Shown: in pieces, positions 37,919 through 46,295 of the stretch | How the letters are laid out: each line of letters opens with the position of its first letter | Position numbering within the stretch: position 1 is the stretch's first letter | From: Nitrospinales bacterium | Lineage (GTDB): Bacteria > Nitrospinota > Nitrospinia > Nitrospinales > VA-1 | Length of the DNA stretch: 64,000 bases | NCBI GenBank assembly: GCA_965223795.1 | Contig: CBDCXL010000002.1 | Span: 1,792,001-1,856,000 of the forward strand | Direction: 5' to 3' | The notes under the pieces: model-generated | The model's database searches: none | What the model was told of the DNA's origin: nothing | The model's input: the letters and a program-made list of their open reading frames with translations, nothing else | Translations under genes and position numbers: made by a program

Positions 37919-38425
37919 ATGATTCATCCCTTCAAGGAAAAGACCCCCAAGGTGGATTCCTCCGCCCTCATCATGGAAAGCGCGCAGGTGATCGGCGATG
38001 TGGAAATCGGCGAGGAAAGCAGCGTGTGGTTCAACGCGGTCGTGCGCGGGGACGTCAATTACATCCGCATCGGCAACCACACCAACATTCAGGACGGCTG
38101 CGTGCTGCACGTGGCGCGCAAGACCCATCCTCTGATCGTCGGCGACGAAGTCACCGTCGGACACAATGTGACGCTGCACGCATGCACGATCGGGCCGCGC
38201 TGTCTCATCGGCATGGGGGCGATCGTGATGGACGGTGCGGAGATCGGGGAAAATTCCATCGTCGGGGCGGGAGCCCTGGTCACTTCAGGAACCAAGGTTC
38301 CCCCCAACAGCATGGTGCTGGGTTCTCCCGCAACGGTGAAGCGTACGTTAACCGAGGCGGAGATCCGCGGCATCCGCGAATCGGCGGCGCATTATGTGGG
38401 CGACATCGAAACGTATCTGGATTGA
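37919..38425 (+). CDS. Gamma carbonic anhydrase family protein (YrdA-like)
   Basis: VRGD, NIQD..VLH, VGH...LHAC hexapeptide repeats. Confidence 0.92.
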   Translation: MIHPFKEKTPKVDSSALIMESAQVIGDVEIGEESSVWFNAVVRGDVNYIRIGNHTNIQDGCVLHVARKTHPLIVGDEVTVGHNVTLHACTIGPRCLIGMGAIVMDGAEIGENSIVGAGALVTSGTKVPPNSMVLGSPATVKRTLTEAEIRGIRESAAHYVGDIETYLD

Positions 38426-38461
38426 GTTTTGTGATCGCGGAGCGGGAATGACGATCGAACG

Positions 38462-39337
38462 ATGAAAGCGACGTGGGCGGTGATCGGCGGCAGCGGCGCA
38501 TACCGGCTGCTTGCGGAAGGCGCGCTGGGCGAGGAAAAAGAATGCGCGCAGCTGGATACGCCGTTCGGAAAGAGCGCCCCCATGCACCGCTACGCATTCG
38601 CCGGACGGGATTTTCTGTTTTTATCGCGGCACGGGGAAGAGGATTATTCCATCACCGCTCCCTTCGTCAATTACCGCGCCAACATCTACGCGCTCAAGGA
38701 ATGCGGGGTCGAGCGCATCGTGGCCTGGTCGGGGCCCGGCATCATCGCCACAAAATACAAGCCGGGGGAATTCGTCGTCCCGCACGATCTCATCGACGAG
38801 ACCCGCACCCGCGAATCGACTTTTTTTAAAAACAAAGGCATCGGTTTCATCCGGCAGAACCAGCCGTTCTGCCCGGAAATCCGCTGGGCGCTGCACGAGG
38901 CGGTGCACAACAGCGGCCTTTCGCACCACGAGGAAGGTGTCTACGTGTGCACGGAGGGTCCGCGGCTGGAGTCGGCGGCGGAAATCCGCAAATTCCGCAT
39001 TCTGGGAGCGGATCTGGTGGGCATGACGCTGATTCCGGAAACCTTTCTCGCGCGGGAGCTGGAGATGTGCTACGCCCCGGTCTGCTACCTCACGAATTAT
39101 GCGGAAGGGGTGGTGCCGAGGGGCTTCGAATCGGGCAAACTGTTCGAAGGCATGCAGAACGAAACGGAGAAAAAACAGGTGGACGCCGCCATCGCCCGGT
39201 TCCCAGGCGTTATCGCTCTGTGCTTCGAGCATCTCAAGGAACTGGAACGCAACTGCGACTGCAAGGACGCGATGCGCCGTTACAAGGACAAGGGCATGAT
39301 CGATGAGGACTGGCATGGCTGGATCGGCCCTCCCTGA
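38462..39337 (+). CDS. MTAP-family purine nucleoside phosphorylase
   Basis: IGGSG, TPFG, LSRHG, VNYRANI, EGPRLES.AE, VGMT, LARE. Confidence 0.88.
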   Translation: MKATWAVIGGSGAYRLLAEGALGEEKECAQLDTPFGKSAPMHRYAFAGRDFLFLSRHGEEDYSITAPFVNYRANIYALKECGVERIVAWSGPGIIATKYKPGEFVVPHDLIDETRTRESTFFKNKGIGFIRQNQPFCPEIRWALHEAVHNSGLSHHEEGVYVCTEGPRLESAAEIRKFRILGADLVGMTLIPETFLARELEMCYAPVCYLTNYAEGVVPRGFESGKLFEGMQNETEKKQVDAAIARFPGVIALCFEHLKELERNCDCKDAMRRYKDKGMIDEDWHGWIGPP

Positions 39338-39400
39338 CAAACCGCAGCCGGGCCGTCACCGGCCCCCAATCTGAAAACCCTCAACCATAAAAATCCTATC

Positions 39401-40330
39401 ATGGCCAATCCTTCATCGAAAAAAGCGATTTTCGCCGCTCTGATCGGAAACTCGCTGATCGCGATCACCAAGTTCGGCGCGGCCACGTACACGGGCAGCT
39501 CCGCGATGTTCAGCGAGGCGGTGCATTCGCTGGTGGACACCGGCAATCAGGGGCTTCTGCTTTATGGAATGAAAAAGGCCAAGCGCCCGGCGGACAAGTC
39601 GCATCCGTTCGGCTACGGCATGGAGCTTTATTTCTGGAGCTTCGTGGTGGCCATCCTGATTTTCGGACTGGGCGCCGGAATCTCCGTTTATGAAGGCATT
39701 CATAAAATCCAGCATCCGGAAGCGATGACGAATCCGATGATCAATTACATCGTTCTGGCGCTGGCGATGGTGTTCGAGGGCGTGGCCTGGACGGTGGCGT
39801 TCAAGGAATTCAAGAAAACCCAGGGCAAATTCAATCTGCTGGCGGCGGTGCGCCGCAGCAAGGACCCGACGCTGTTCACGGTGCTGTTCGAAGACACTGC
39901 GGCGATGCTGGGACTGATCGTGGCCATGGTCGGCATTTTCCTGGCGCAGAAACTCAACCTGCCGGTTCTGGACGGCGTGGCGTCGGTGATGATCGGGTTG
40001 ATCCTCGCGATCACGGCGTGTTTTCTGGCGATCGAATGCAAGGGGCTTCTGGTGGGCGAGGCCGCCAGCGAACGCGTGGTTTCCGGCATCCGCACCATCC
40101 TCACGGAAAATCCGCACATCTTGAACGTCAACGAGGTGCTCACGGTGCACTTCGGTCCGCACGACGTGCTGTTGAACGTCAGCCTGGATTTCAAGGACCA
40201 GATGTCCTCGCAGCAGGTGGAGGAAGCGGTGACGCTGATGGAATCGCAGATCAAGAAGGATTACCCGGAGGTCAAGCGGGTGTTCATCGAGGCGCAGAGC
40301 TGGCTGGCGCAGCCGCGTGACCCGATGTGA
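39401..40330 (+). CDS. Cation diffusion facilitator (CDF) transporter
   Basis: SEAVHSLVD, HPFGYG, FEDTAA, C-terminal VFIE dimerisation domain. Confidence 0.92.
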   Translation: MANPSSKKAIFAALIGNSLIAITKFGAATYTGSSAMFSEAVHSLVDTGNQGLLLYGMKKAKRPADKSHPFGYGMELYFWSFVVAILIFGLGAGISVYEGIHKIQHPEAMTNPMINYIVLALAMVFEGVAWTVAFKEFKKTQGKFNLLAAVRRSKDPTLFTVLFEDTAAMLGLIVAMVGIFLAQKLNLPVLDGVASVMIGLILAITACFLAIECKGLLVGEAASERVVSGIRTILTENPHILNVNEVLTVHFGPHDVLLNVSLDFKDQMSSQQVEEAVTLMESQIKKDYPEVKRVFIEAQSWLAQPRDPM

Positions 40331-40357
40331 ATCCTGCCGGTTATGTGCAGGACCTGC

Positions 40358-40774
40358 TCAGAATTCGCTAGCGGGTACCTTTTTGCCCAGCACTTCCAGG
40401 ATGGCCTGGGTCAGGCGGCGGAAGTCGACGGGGATGGAAAGGAAGCGGGCGACGCCTTCCTGTTCGGGAGGATGGGACAGGTTGCTTTCCTCCGGATCGA
40501 TGAGCATGATGATGGGCAGCTCGCGGAAATCCGGATGGCTCTTGATGGTGTTCACCAGCTCGGCGCTGCTGATATCGAGCCGGTACCAGCAGGAGATGAT
40601 GAGGTCGAACCTGCTGCGCTTTAAGTAGTCCAGCATGCAGCGTCCGTTGACGGCCATCTCGACGGAATCGAATCCCTGTTTCTTGAGTCCCGATAGCACA
40701 TGCAAACTGAACAGGGACTGGTCGTCCACCAGCAGGATCTTCGCATCGTCGCTCAAGGAGGTCTGTCCGTTCAT
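40358..40774 (-). CDS. Atypical single-domain response regulator (pseudo-receiver)
   Basis: KILLVDD, FDLIISC, LPIIML and FLSIP receiver-fold pattern; ATG at 40774. Confidence 0.75.
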   Translation of the reverse strand: MNGQTSLSDDAKILLVDDQSLFSLHVLSGLKKQGFDSVEMAVNGRCMLDYLKRSRFDLIISCWYRLDISSAELVNTIKSHPDFRELPIIMLIDPEESNLSHPPEQEGVARFLSIPVDFRRLTQAILEVLGKKVPASEF

Positions 40775-41040
40775 GATTTGAATCCGATCGGCGCGGAAAC
40801 CACCCTCCAGGAGGTACCGGAGGAGGAGACTAACCTCAAACCTGGAGGGTGGGATCCGCAATGATAAATATATGAAATTCAAGGTTCCGGGCCCACACAG
40901 GATGGCAGGGGACTGTGGCGGAATGGTCAAGGTCGTGTCACGATTGTATGAAGATTGAGGCTTTGCCGGAGAGCCGGATGGTGTTGATAAAAGGCGAATT
41001 GTGACATTGCGCCGCGGCGGGCAAGCAGCGGCGCGGATGT

Positions 41041-41075
41041 AAAAAACCGGAGGCGGAAACGCCTCCGGTTTTTTT
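41041..41075. terminator. Perfect-hairpin intrinsic terminator downstream of the DUF3365 gene
   Basis: AAAAAACCGGAGGCG GAAA CGCCTCCGGTTTTTT. Confidence 0.88.
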
Positions 41076-41139
41076 GTGGCGAATGCGGGTGCCGAACCCG
41101 GGCGGAGTCCGTGCACTCGCGGATCGCGGCGCCGCGTTT

Positions 41140-42255
41140 TTAAGGCTGGCGATCGTTTTTAAGGTTGAGTGTCACCACGATGCCTCCCATGACTTCCTTG
41201 ATGCGGAAATCGTTTTTCGGGCTGTTGGGGTGAGCGTTGTGACATTGAATGCAGCCTTTTGTGACCGCAAAATCCGGATAGACGGACTGGTAAATGCGTT
41301 TTTTCCCCTCCCGGAATTGCCCGGTGTAGGGACGGACCGGATGGATGTCCACGATCTCGAGCCCTTTGCGTTCGAAATCGTTGGCCGGGTGGTTGCGCGG
41401 GTTGATGGGCCACAGGCTGATCAGCCGGAAATCGACGCCCACATTGCGCTTGGCCACAAGCTGCGAAGCGTTCAGCAGAAACTGCGCGGGCAGCAGCAGG
41501 CCGTCCTCGCTCTGCCACTGTTCGGTGGCGTGGACGATGTTTTTGCTCTGCAGCCGGTCGACGATGTACTGCGAATAAACCCGGCGGTCCGATTCCAGGA
41601 TGGCGTGCACGTAATCGGAAACCACCGCGGGCGTGAACAGGTGTTGTTTCACATCGGGCTTTTTCACGTGTTTGCCGATGGGCAGGTTGACCAGAATGCC
41701 TCCCATGACGTCACCCCGCTTGAAGTCGGTCTTGGGACTCTGAGGATGACGGTTGTGGCATTGGACGCAGGAATCGGAATCGGCGACGTCGGGATAGATG
41801 GCCTGATAGTACCAGATATCGCCGGATTTCACGATCCAGGTGAACGGCCGCGACGCGTCCTTGACCACCTCGCGCAGCCCCAGTTTCTGTTCCTCGGATT
41901 GGGGCGCGTTGGCGGGGTTGATCGGCCACAGACTCATCAGGTGGTAGCGCAGACCGATCCCGCTTTCATTGGCAAGCTGGGACGATTTCAATAAAAACTG
42001 TGCCGGCAAAAGCAGCGTGTTTTCTTCCTCCCAGTTTTCGGTGGCTTTGAGATCGATCTTTTTTGCCAGACGGTCCACGATGTAATGCGAATAAATCCTG
42101 CGATCCGCCTGAATGACGGCGTGGATGTAGTCGGCGGTCACCCGGGGTGTCAGGCCTTTGATCTGGTGGTTGGATTGCGCGAACGGGATGTCGGGGAGAA
42201 AGAGGATGGCGACGAGAAAGAAGATGGACACAATTCGATGATTGACGGTAAACAT
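41140..42255 (-). CDS. Periplasmic tandem DUF3365/Tll0287-like di-heme c protein
   Basis: Signal peptide; two homologous domains each with LPAQF, SLWPIN, CxxCH and VMGG. Confidence 0.82.
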   Translation of the reverse strand: MFTVNHRIVSIFFLVAILFLPDIPFAQSNHQIKGLTPRVTADYIHAVIQADRRIYSHYIVDRLAKKIDLKATENWEEENTLLLPAQFLLKSSQLANESGIGLRYHLMSLWPINPANAPQSEEQKLGLREVVKDASRPFTWIVKSGDIWYYQAIYPDVADSDSCVQCHNRHPQSPKTDFKRGDVMGGILVNLPIGKHVKKPDVKQHLFTPAVVSDYVHAILESDRRVYSQYIVDRLQSKNIVHATEQWQSEDGLLLPAQFLLNASQLVAKRNVGVDFRLISLWPINPRNHPANDFERKGLEIVDIHPVRPYTGQFREGKKRIYQSVYPDFAVTKGCIQCHNAHPNSPKNDFRIKEVMGGIVVTLNLKNDRQP

Positions 42256-42478
42256 GATCGGGCCCCCCGATAAAATGGGTGCATGGAATTTGGCTTGATT
42301 GGAAACATTCTTTCAATATAGGCCGGTACCGGCGCCGCCGCAATGTGCGGGGGGAGGTCCGTGCAATCGCACGGGAAGGGGTGGCAAGGCAAGCAATTTC
42401 AATGCGGGAATGCGTTGCGGCCGTGAATGGGCGGCCCCGCTGGAGGCGTTCCTGCAATTCAGGAAGAGCGGGTGTTGC

Positions 42479-42856
42479 TCAATCGGTTTTCATCTCTTTC
42501 AGCAGCGTATCGATGCCTTCTTTGGTGACTCTGTGAACGACGCGTTTACCGGGACCGATGGGTGTGGGGTCGCTCATCCATTGTCTGCCGTCGGCCAGCT
42601 GGAGGAACAACTGACCGCTGTCTTCCGTATCGAGGTGATAATGGATGGACAGTTCCGCTCCGTCTTCGATGCTGTTGAAGTGGAGGTTCTTTTTGGTTTT
42701 TTCGGTTTTGAGCTGAATGCGAACCAGGGACTGGCCGGTCTGATTGTAGACCACCATCTGTGTGTTGTGCCGGGTGTTGTCCGCCATATGGGACAGGCCC
42801 CAGCCCGCCAGGATCACGGCCAGGATCAGAATAAGGTATTTTTTATAACGGTTCAT
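42479..42856 (-). CDS. Hypothetical membrane-anchored or exported protein
   Basis: N-terminal hydrophobic helix followed by a beta-rich domain. Confidence 0.6.
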   Translation of the reverse strand: MNRYKKYLILILAVILAGWGLSHMADNTRHNTQMVVYNQTGQSLVRIQLKTEKTKKNLHFNSIEDGAELSIHYHLDTEDSGQLFLQLADGRQWMSDPTPIGPGKRVVHRVTKEGIDTLLKEMKTD

Positions 42857-43131
42857 TGCTTTGCATGCGAAGGTGAATCAGGCCCATCCGGATTTTGACG
42901 TGCAACCGCGATGCCGGGACGGGCGTTCGAGACAAACGGTGTTGAGGAGTTTGGCCGCGCACATTGTAACACTATTTTCTTTCCCAGGGTTGAAACCCTT
43001 GAATAAACGAAGGCAGGGGTTGAGCCGGCACGAACCACGGTGTTCGCCTCAGGGATTGGGGTTGATCCGGCTTATACGGTGTGAGAAATTTCGTATATCG
43101 ATCATCCCTCATTGCGTGGAATGCCGCCGCC

Positions 43132-43863
43132 ATGGAACCGCGCCGATTTCATTTCCCGACTGAAGAAGAGCATTATTGGGCCCAGAAAGCGTTCAGCGGC
43201 CTGGATGTCTCCGAACACTATGTGCTGCAAAAATACCTCGACCGGAAGGACGGGCGCATTCTGGACGCGGGCTGCCGGGGCGGGCGCATCAGCTTCAATC
43301 TGGAAAAAATGGGTTTCAGCCACATTGACGCCTGCGACACTTCGGATTACATGATCACCACCGCCAACGAAAATAAAAAAATTGCGGACAGCAACGTGGT
43401 TTTTTTCCGGCAGGACATGACCGATCTGCATGACTTTGAATCGGGAATCTATCAGTATGTGATCTACCTGCAGCAGGTGCTGTCTTTCATCTCGCCTTCT
43501 TTGCTGGAACCGGCTTTGCGGGAATCGTACCGGGTGCTGGTGACGGGCGGCGTGGCCATTTTTTCGTTTTTGAATTTTGAAGCCCGCTGGTACAACAAGG
43601 CGCTCTCGTTTTTTCTCAATGTCGCGCGGCACCGCCGCCGGGAACACCTGCCGGCGCAGTCGCTGCCCTGGCTGCGGACGGGAGGCCGTTACAATTTCCG
43701 TTTTTTCGCGAAGGACCAGCCCACGGCCTACTGGTTCCAGAAAGAGGAAGTGCTGGAGCTTCTCAAGCGCACCGGTTTTTCCGTGATCGAAGTGAACACG
43801 CGCGGCCGGATTCTGATCGACAATCAGAAAAAAGGCGCGTTGTTCGTGATCTGCCAGAAATGA
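43132..43863 (+). CDS. Class I SAM-dependent methyltransferase
   Basis: ILDAGCRGGR motif I, ACD, QDMTDL, YRVLVTGG. Confidence 0.85.
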   Translation: MEPRRFHFPTEEEHYWAQKAFSGLDVSEHYVLQKYLDRKDGRILDAGCRGGRISFNLEKMGFSHIDACDTSDYMITTANENKKIADSNVVFFRQDMTDLHDFESGIYQYVIYLQQVLSFISPSLLEPALRESYRVLVTGGVAIFSFLNFEARWYNKALSFFLNVARHRRREHLPAQSLPWLRTGGRYNFRFFAKDQPTAYWFQKEEVLELLKRTGFSVIEVNTRGRILIDNQKKGALFVICQK

Positions 43864-43893
43864 AACGGCGGCGTTTGTGCCAACGAGCGGCGT

Positions 43894-44583
43894 TCAGCGG
43901 CGTTCTTTTTTGTAGATGACGGCGTTGTAGGCCGCTTCGTGGTTTTCGATGTGCCGGATGGTGCGGTAGCGGCCGGAAAAAACGGACCGGTGGACCGGGT
44001 TGACGTAGATGAAAAACGCCTCTTGCCGATTTCTAGCCTGATCGATGTTGTCGAGAACCCGCGTCAGGACTTTTTCACCGAAAGGATTGAAAAAGAAGAA
44101 CACGTTGTCCTGCGGCCGCGTTTGGTAAACCGCGGCGTCGATGTTCAGCACGTTGTAGCGAAACCGCCTGCCGGTTTTTTGCGCGAACGCCGATAAGTTG
44201 CTGCGGCTGTGCTCGCACAACTCGCGCGCAAACTCCACTCCGGTGACGTTGCCGAACCCCTGCGCGGCGGCGAACACCAGCACCCTGCCTTTGCCGCACC
44301 CGAAATCGACGATCCCGCATTTTGGAAATTCCACATCCAGGCAATCGAACACCGCTTTGAGGATGAAAATCCGGGTGGGTTCGTAATGCACTCCCTGGGA
44401 CCGGTTTTCACTTTCGATGCACAGTCCGTTCAAAGGCACGATCGAGCGGGTGCGGGTAGCATACCGGATTTCAAAAATCCAGTCGGAAATGAACGCCTTC
44501 ACCCGGTTGCGGGTTTTGTGCGCGTAAATTCGCAGTGATTGCCGCACTCCTTTTTTGCGCACACTCGCGATCAGGGATCGCAC
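43894..44583 (-). CDS. Class I SAM-dependent methyltransferase
   Basis: YEPT, VDFGCGKGR, GVEF, FFFFNPF, IYVNP. Confidence 0.85.
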   Translation of the reverse strand: MRSLIASVRKKGVRQSLRIYAHKTRNRVKAFISDWIFEIRYATRTRSIVPLNGLCIESENRSQGVHYEPTRIFILKAVFDCLDVEFPKCGIVDFGCGKGRVLVFAAAQGFGNVTGVEFARELCEHSRSNLSAFAQKTGRRFRYNVLNIDAAVYQTRPQDNVFFFFNPFGEKVLTRVLDNIDQARNRQEAFFIYVNPVHRSVFSGRYRTIRHIENHEAAYNAVIYKKERR

Positions 44584-44762
44584 TCGCTGTCTTGGGTTCG
44601 GTTTTATGTTGATCGCTTTCGCAGGTTAGGGATTAAATCTTATTTGGCAGTCTTTAAGTTGAAATTTATAAAAATTATATTTTAACTTCTATAGAATTTT
44701 GATAAAAAAATTTAAAGCATTCTCTCTGCGATTCCTGCGGTCGCATTTTTTTTGAAAGGATT

Positions 44763-45635
44763 TTGATCGTGGCGAACAGAATCTACCGGGACGCCGGGGA
44801 AGCGGTGATGACCTCTCTCTCCGAAACGCAACTGGCGCAATGGCTGCGGGAGCAGGGCGCGTCGGTGCTGGAGCACCGCGGCCGCTACTGGAAAGCGTTC
44901 CCGAACGGGTTTTACCGTTCCCTCCACTGGATGTCGCGCATGCGGACGAAAGAAGCCGAGCGTCCGTCGCCGTTGTGCTGGGGGTTCCGCACCGCGCTGG
45001 CGGCGGGGGATTCCGGCGCCGCGAACAGCAGCATTCCGGTAAACCTGCTGACGGATCTTGCGGGTTACGATCTGAGCTGCCTGAGCCCCCGGCGCCGAAC
45101 GAAAATAAGAAGCTGTCTGAAAAAAGTCCGCATGGTGGAGGTGCTGCGGCCGGATCTGATCTTGAAGCAGGGCTATGCGGTGTACCTTTCGGCACAAGAG
45201 CGGCACGGCTATGGCAGGCGGTTGAGCCCGCAGCGGTTTCGCCAGCACGTGATGCAGTATTTCAATCCCCGGCGTGGAATGATCTTCGCGGGACTCATCG
45301 GCGAGAGGCTCGGCGGGTTCATCGAAACCGATGCGGTGGAAGGCACGGCGTATATCAAAGGCGTTCACATCGCCAGCGAGGCGCTGTCCAGCAACCTGGG
45401 AACGGGTCTGCTCTACGAGCTGCTGCAAGTGTTCGCCCAGTCCGGGAACATCCGCGAAGTGGTGCACGGCCTGCACACGTCGGAGAACGCGTCTCTCAGT
45501 GAATTCAAATCTGGAATGGGCTTTTCCGTGGTGTACGTGCCTTCCAGGGTGTGGTTCGCGCCCATGATGGGCCAGGCCATCCGCTGGCTCAGGCCGCACG
45601 CATACTACCGGCTCACCGGCAAAAAAACCGCCTGA
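44763..45635 (+). CDS. Hypothetical GNAT/FemAB-like protein (start uncertain)
   Basis: LSPRRRTKIR and GTGLLY...SLSEFKSGMGF resemble Acetyltransf_6-type patterns. Confidence 0.55.
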   Translation: MIVANRIYRDAGEAVMTSLSETQLAQWLREQGASVLEHRGRYWKAFPNGFYRSLHWMSRMRTKEAERPSPLCWGFRTALAAGDSGAANSSIPVNLLTDLAGYDLSCLSPRRRTKIRSCLKKVRMVEVLRPDLILKQGYAVYLSAQERHGYGRRLSPQRFRQHVMQYFNPRRGMIFAGLIGERLGGFIETDAVEGTAYIKGVHIASEALSSNLGTGLLYELLQVFAQSGNIREVVHGLHTSENASLSEFKSGMGFSVVYVPSRVWFAPMMGQAIRWLRPHAYYRLTGKKTA

Positions 45636-45668
45636 ACCCCGCATCCGGCCTGGGGAAGAACCGTTGGC

Positions 45669-45977
45669 TCATTTTTTCTGCTTTTGCACGGCGCGCGCAA
45701 GATCGAGCGTCTTTTGCAGAAACTCGGTCTGAATGGCGACCAGTTTTTCGCGGTCGTGGTCGGTTCCGAAGCGGTGGATGTATCCCACCAGTTCATTGGC
45801 GGCCACTTTTCCGTTCTTGCGCAAAAACTGGTCCGGTGTCTGAGGTGCCTTGTCGTCCAGATACCAATCGTCTGAAATGTAATCGGGCGTGCCGCTCATT
45901 TTATTCCCTCCTTCTCCGCAACCCCATCCAGCCAGGGCCATCAGAAACAAGATCAACATCCATCGTCGTGCAGTCAT
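45669..45977 (-). CDS. Putative small lipoprotein
   Basis: Signal peptide with LAGWG-C lipobox-like site. Confidence 0.55.
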   Translation of the reverse strand: MTARRWMLILFLMALAGWGCGEGGNKMSGTPDYISDDWYLDDKAPQTPDQFLRKNGKVAANELVGYIHRFGTDHDREKLVAIQTEFLQKTLDLARAVQKQKK

Positions 45978-46295
45978 GGGCAGGGTCTCTGTGGTTATCG
46001 GTTTGTGATTTGTGATGGCATTATAATGGATGTTCGTTTTTTTTCCATTGCCCTGCCTGTGGCGACGGTTCCCACCGCAGCTTGATTGTGATTGATCTCA
46101 CAATTTCCATTTGATATTTTTTTCAAACAATGGGATCACGATTCAGCCGCTGTGATAGGATAGGCGAAACATTTTATACAACGCTGCGTTTCGTCAATTT
46201 TGGCGAACTGGTATGAACTTCGCGACATTGTTTTTTCAAACACGCTCTCAGTGTGGAATCCCCCAACCCTTCTAACCGACCCAGGAGCTTGCTGC

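Noticed and set aside
40775..41116. N-terminal extension of the pseudo-receiver ORF
   Set aside because: Runs through a terminator and a hairpin; composition is not protein-like
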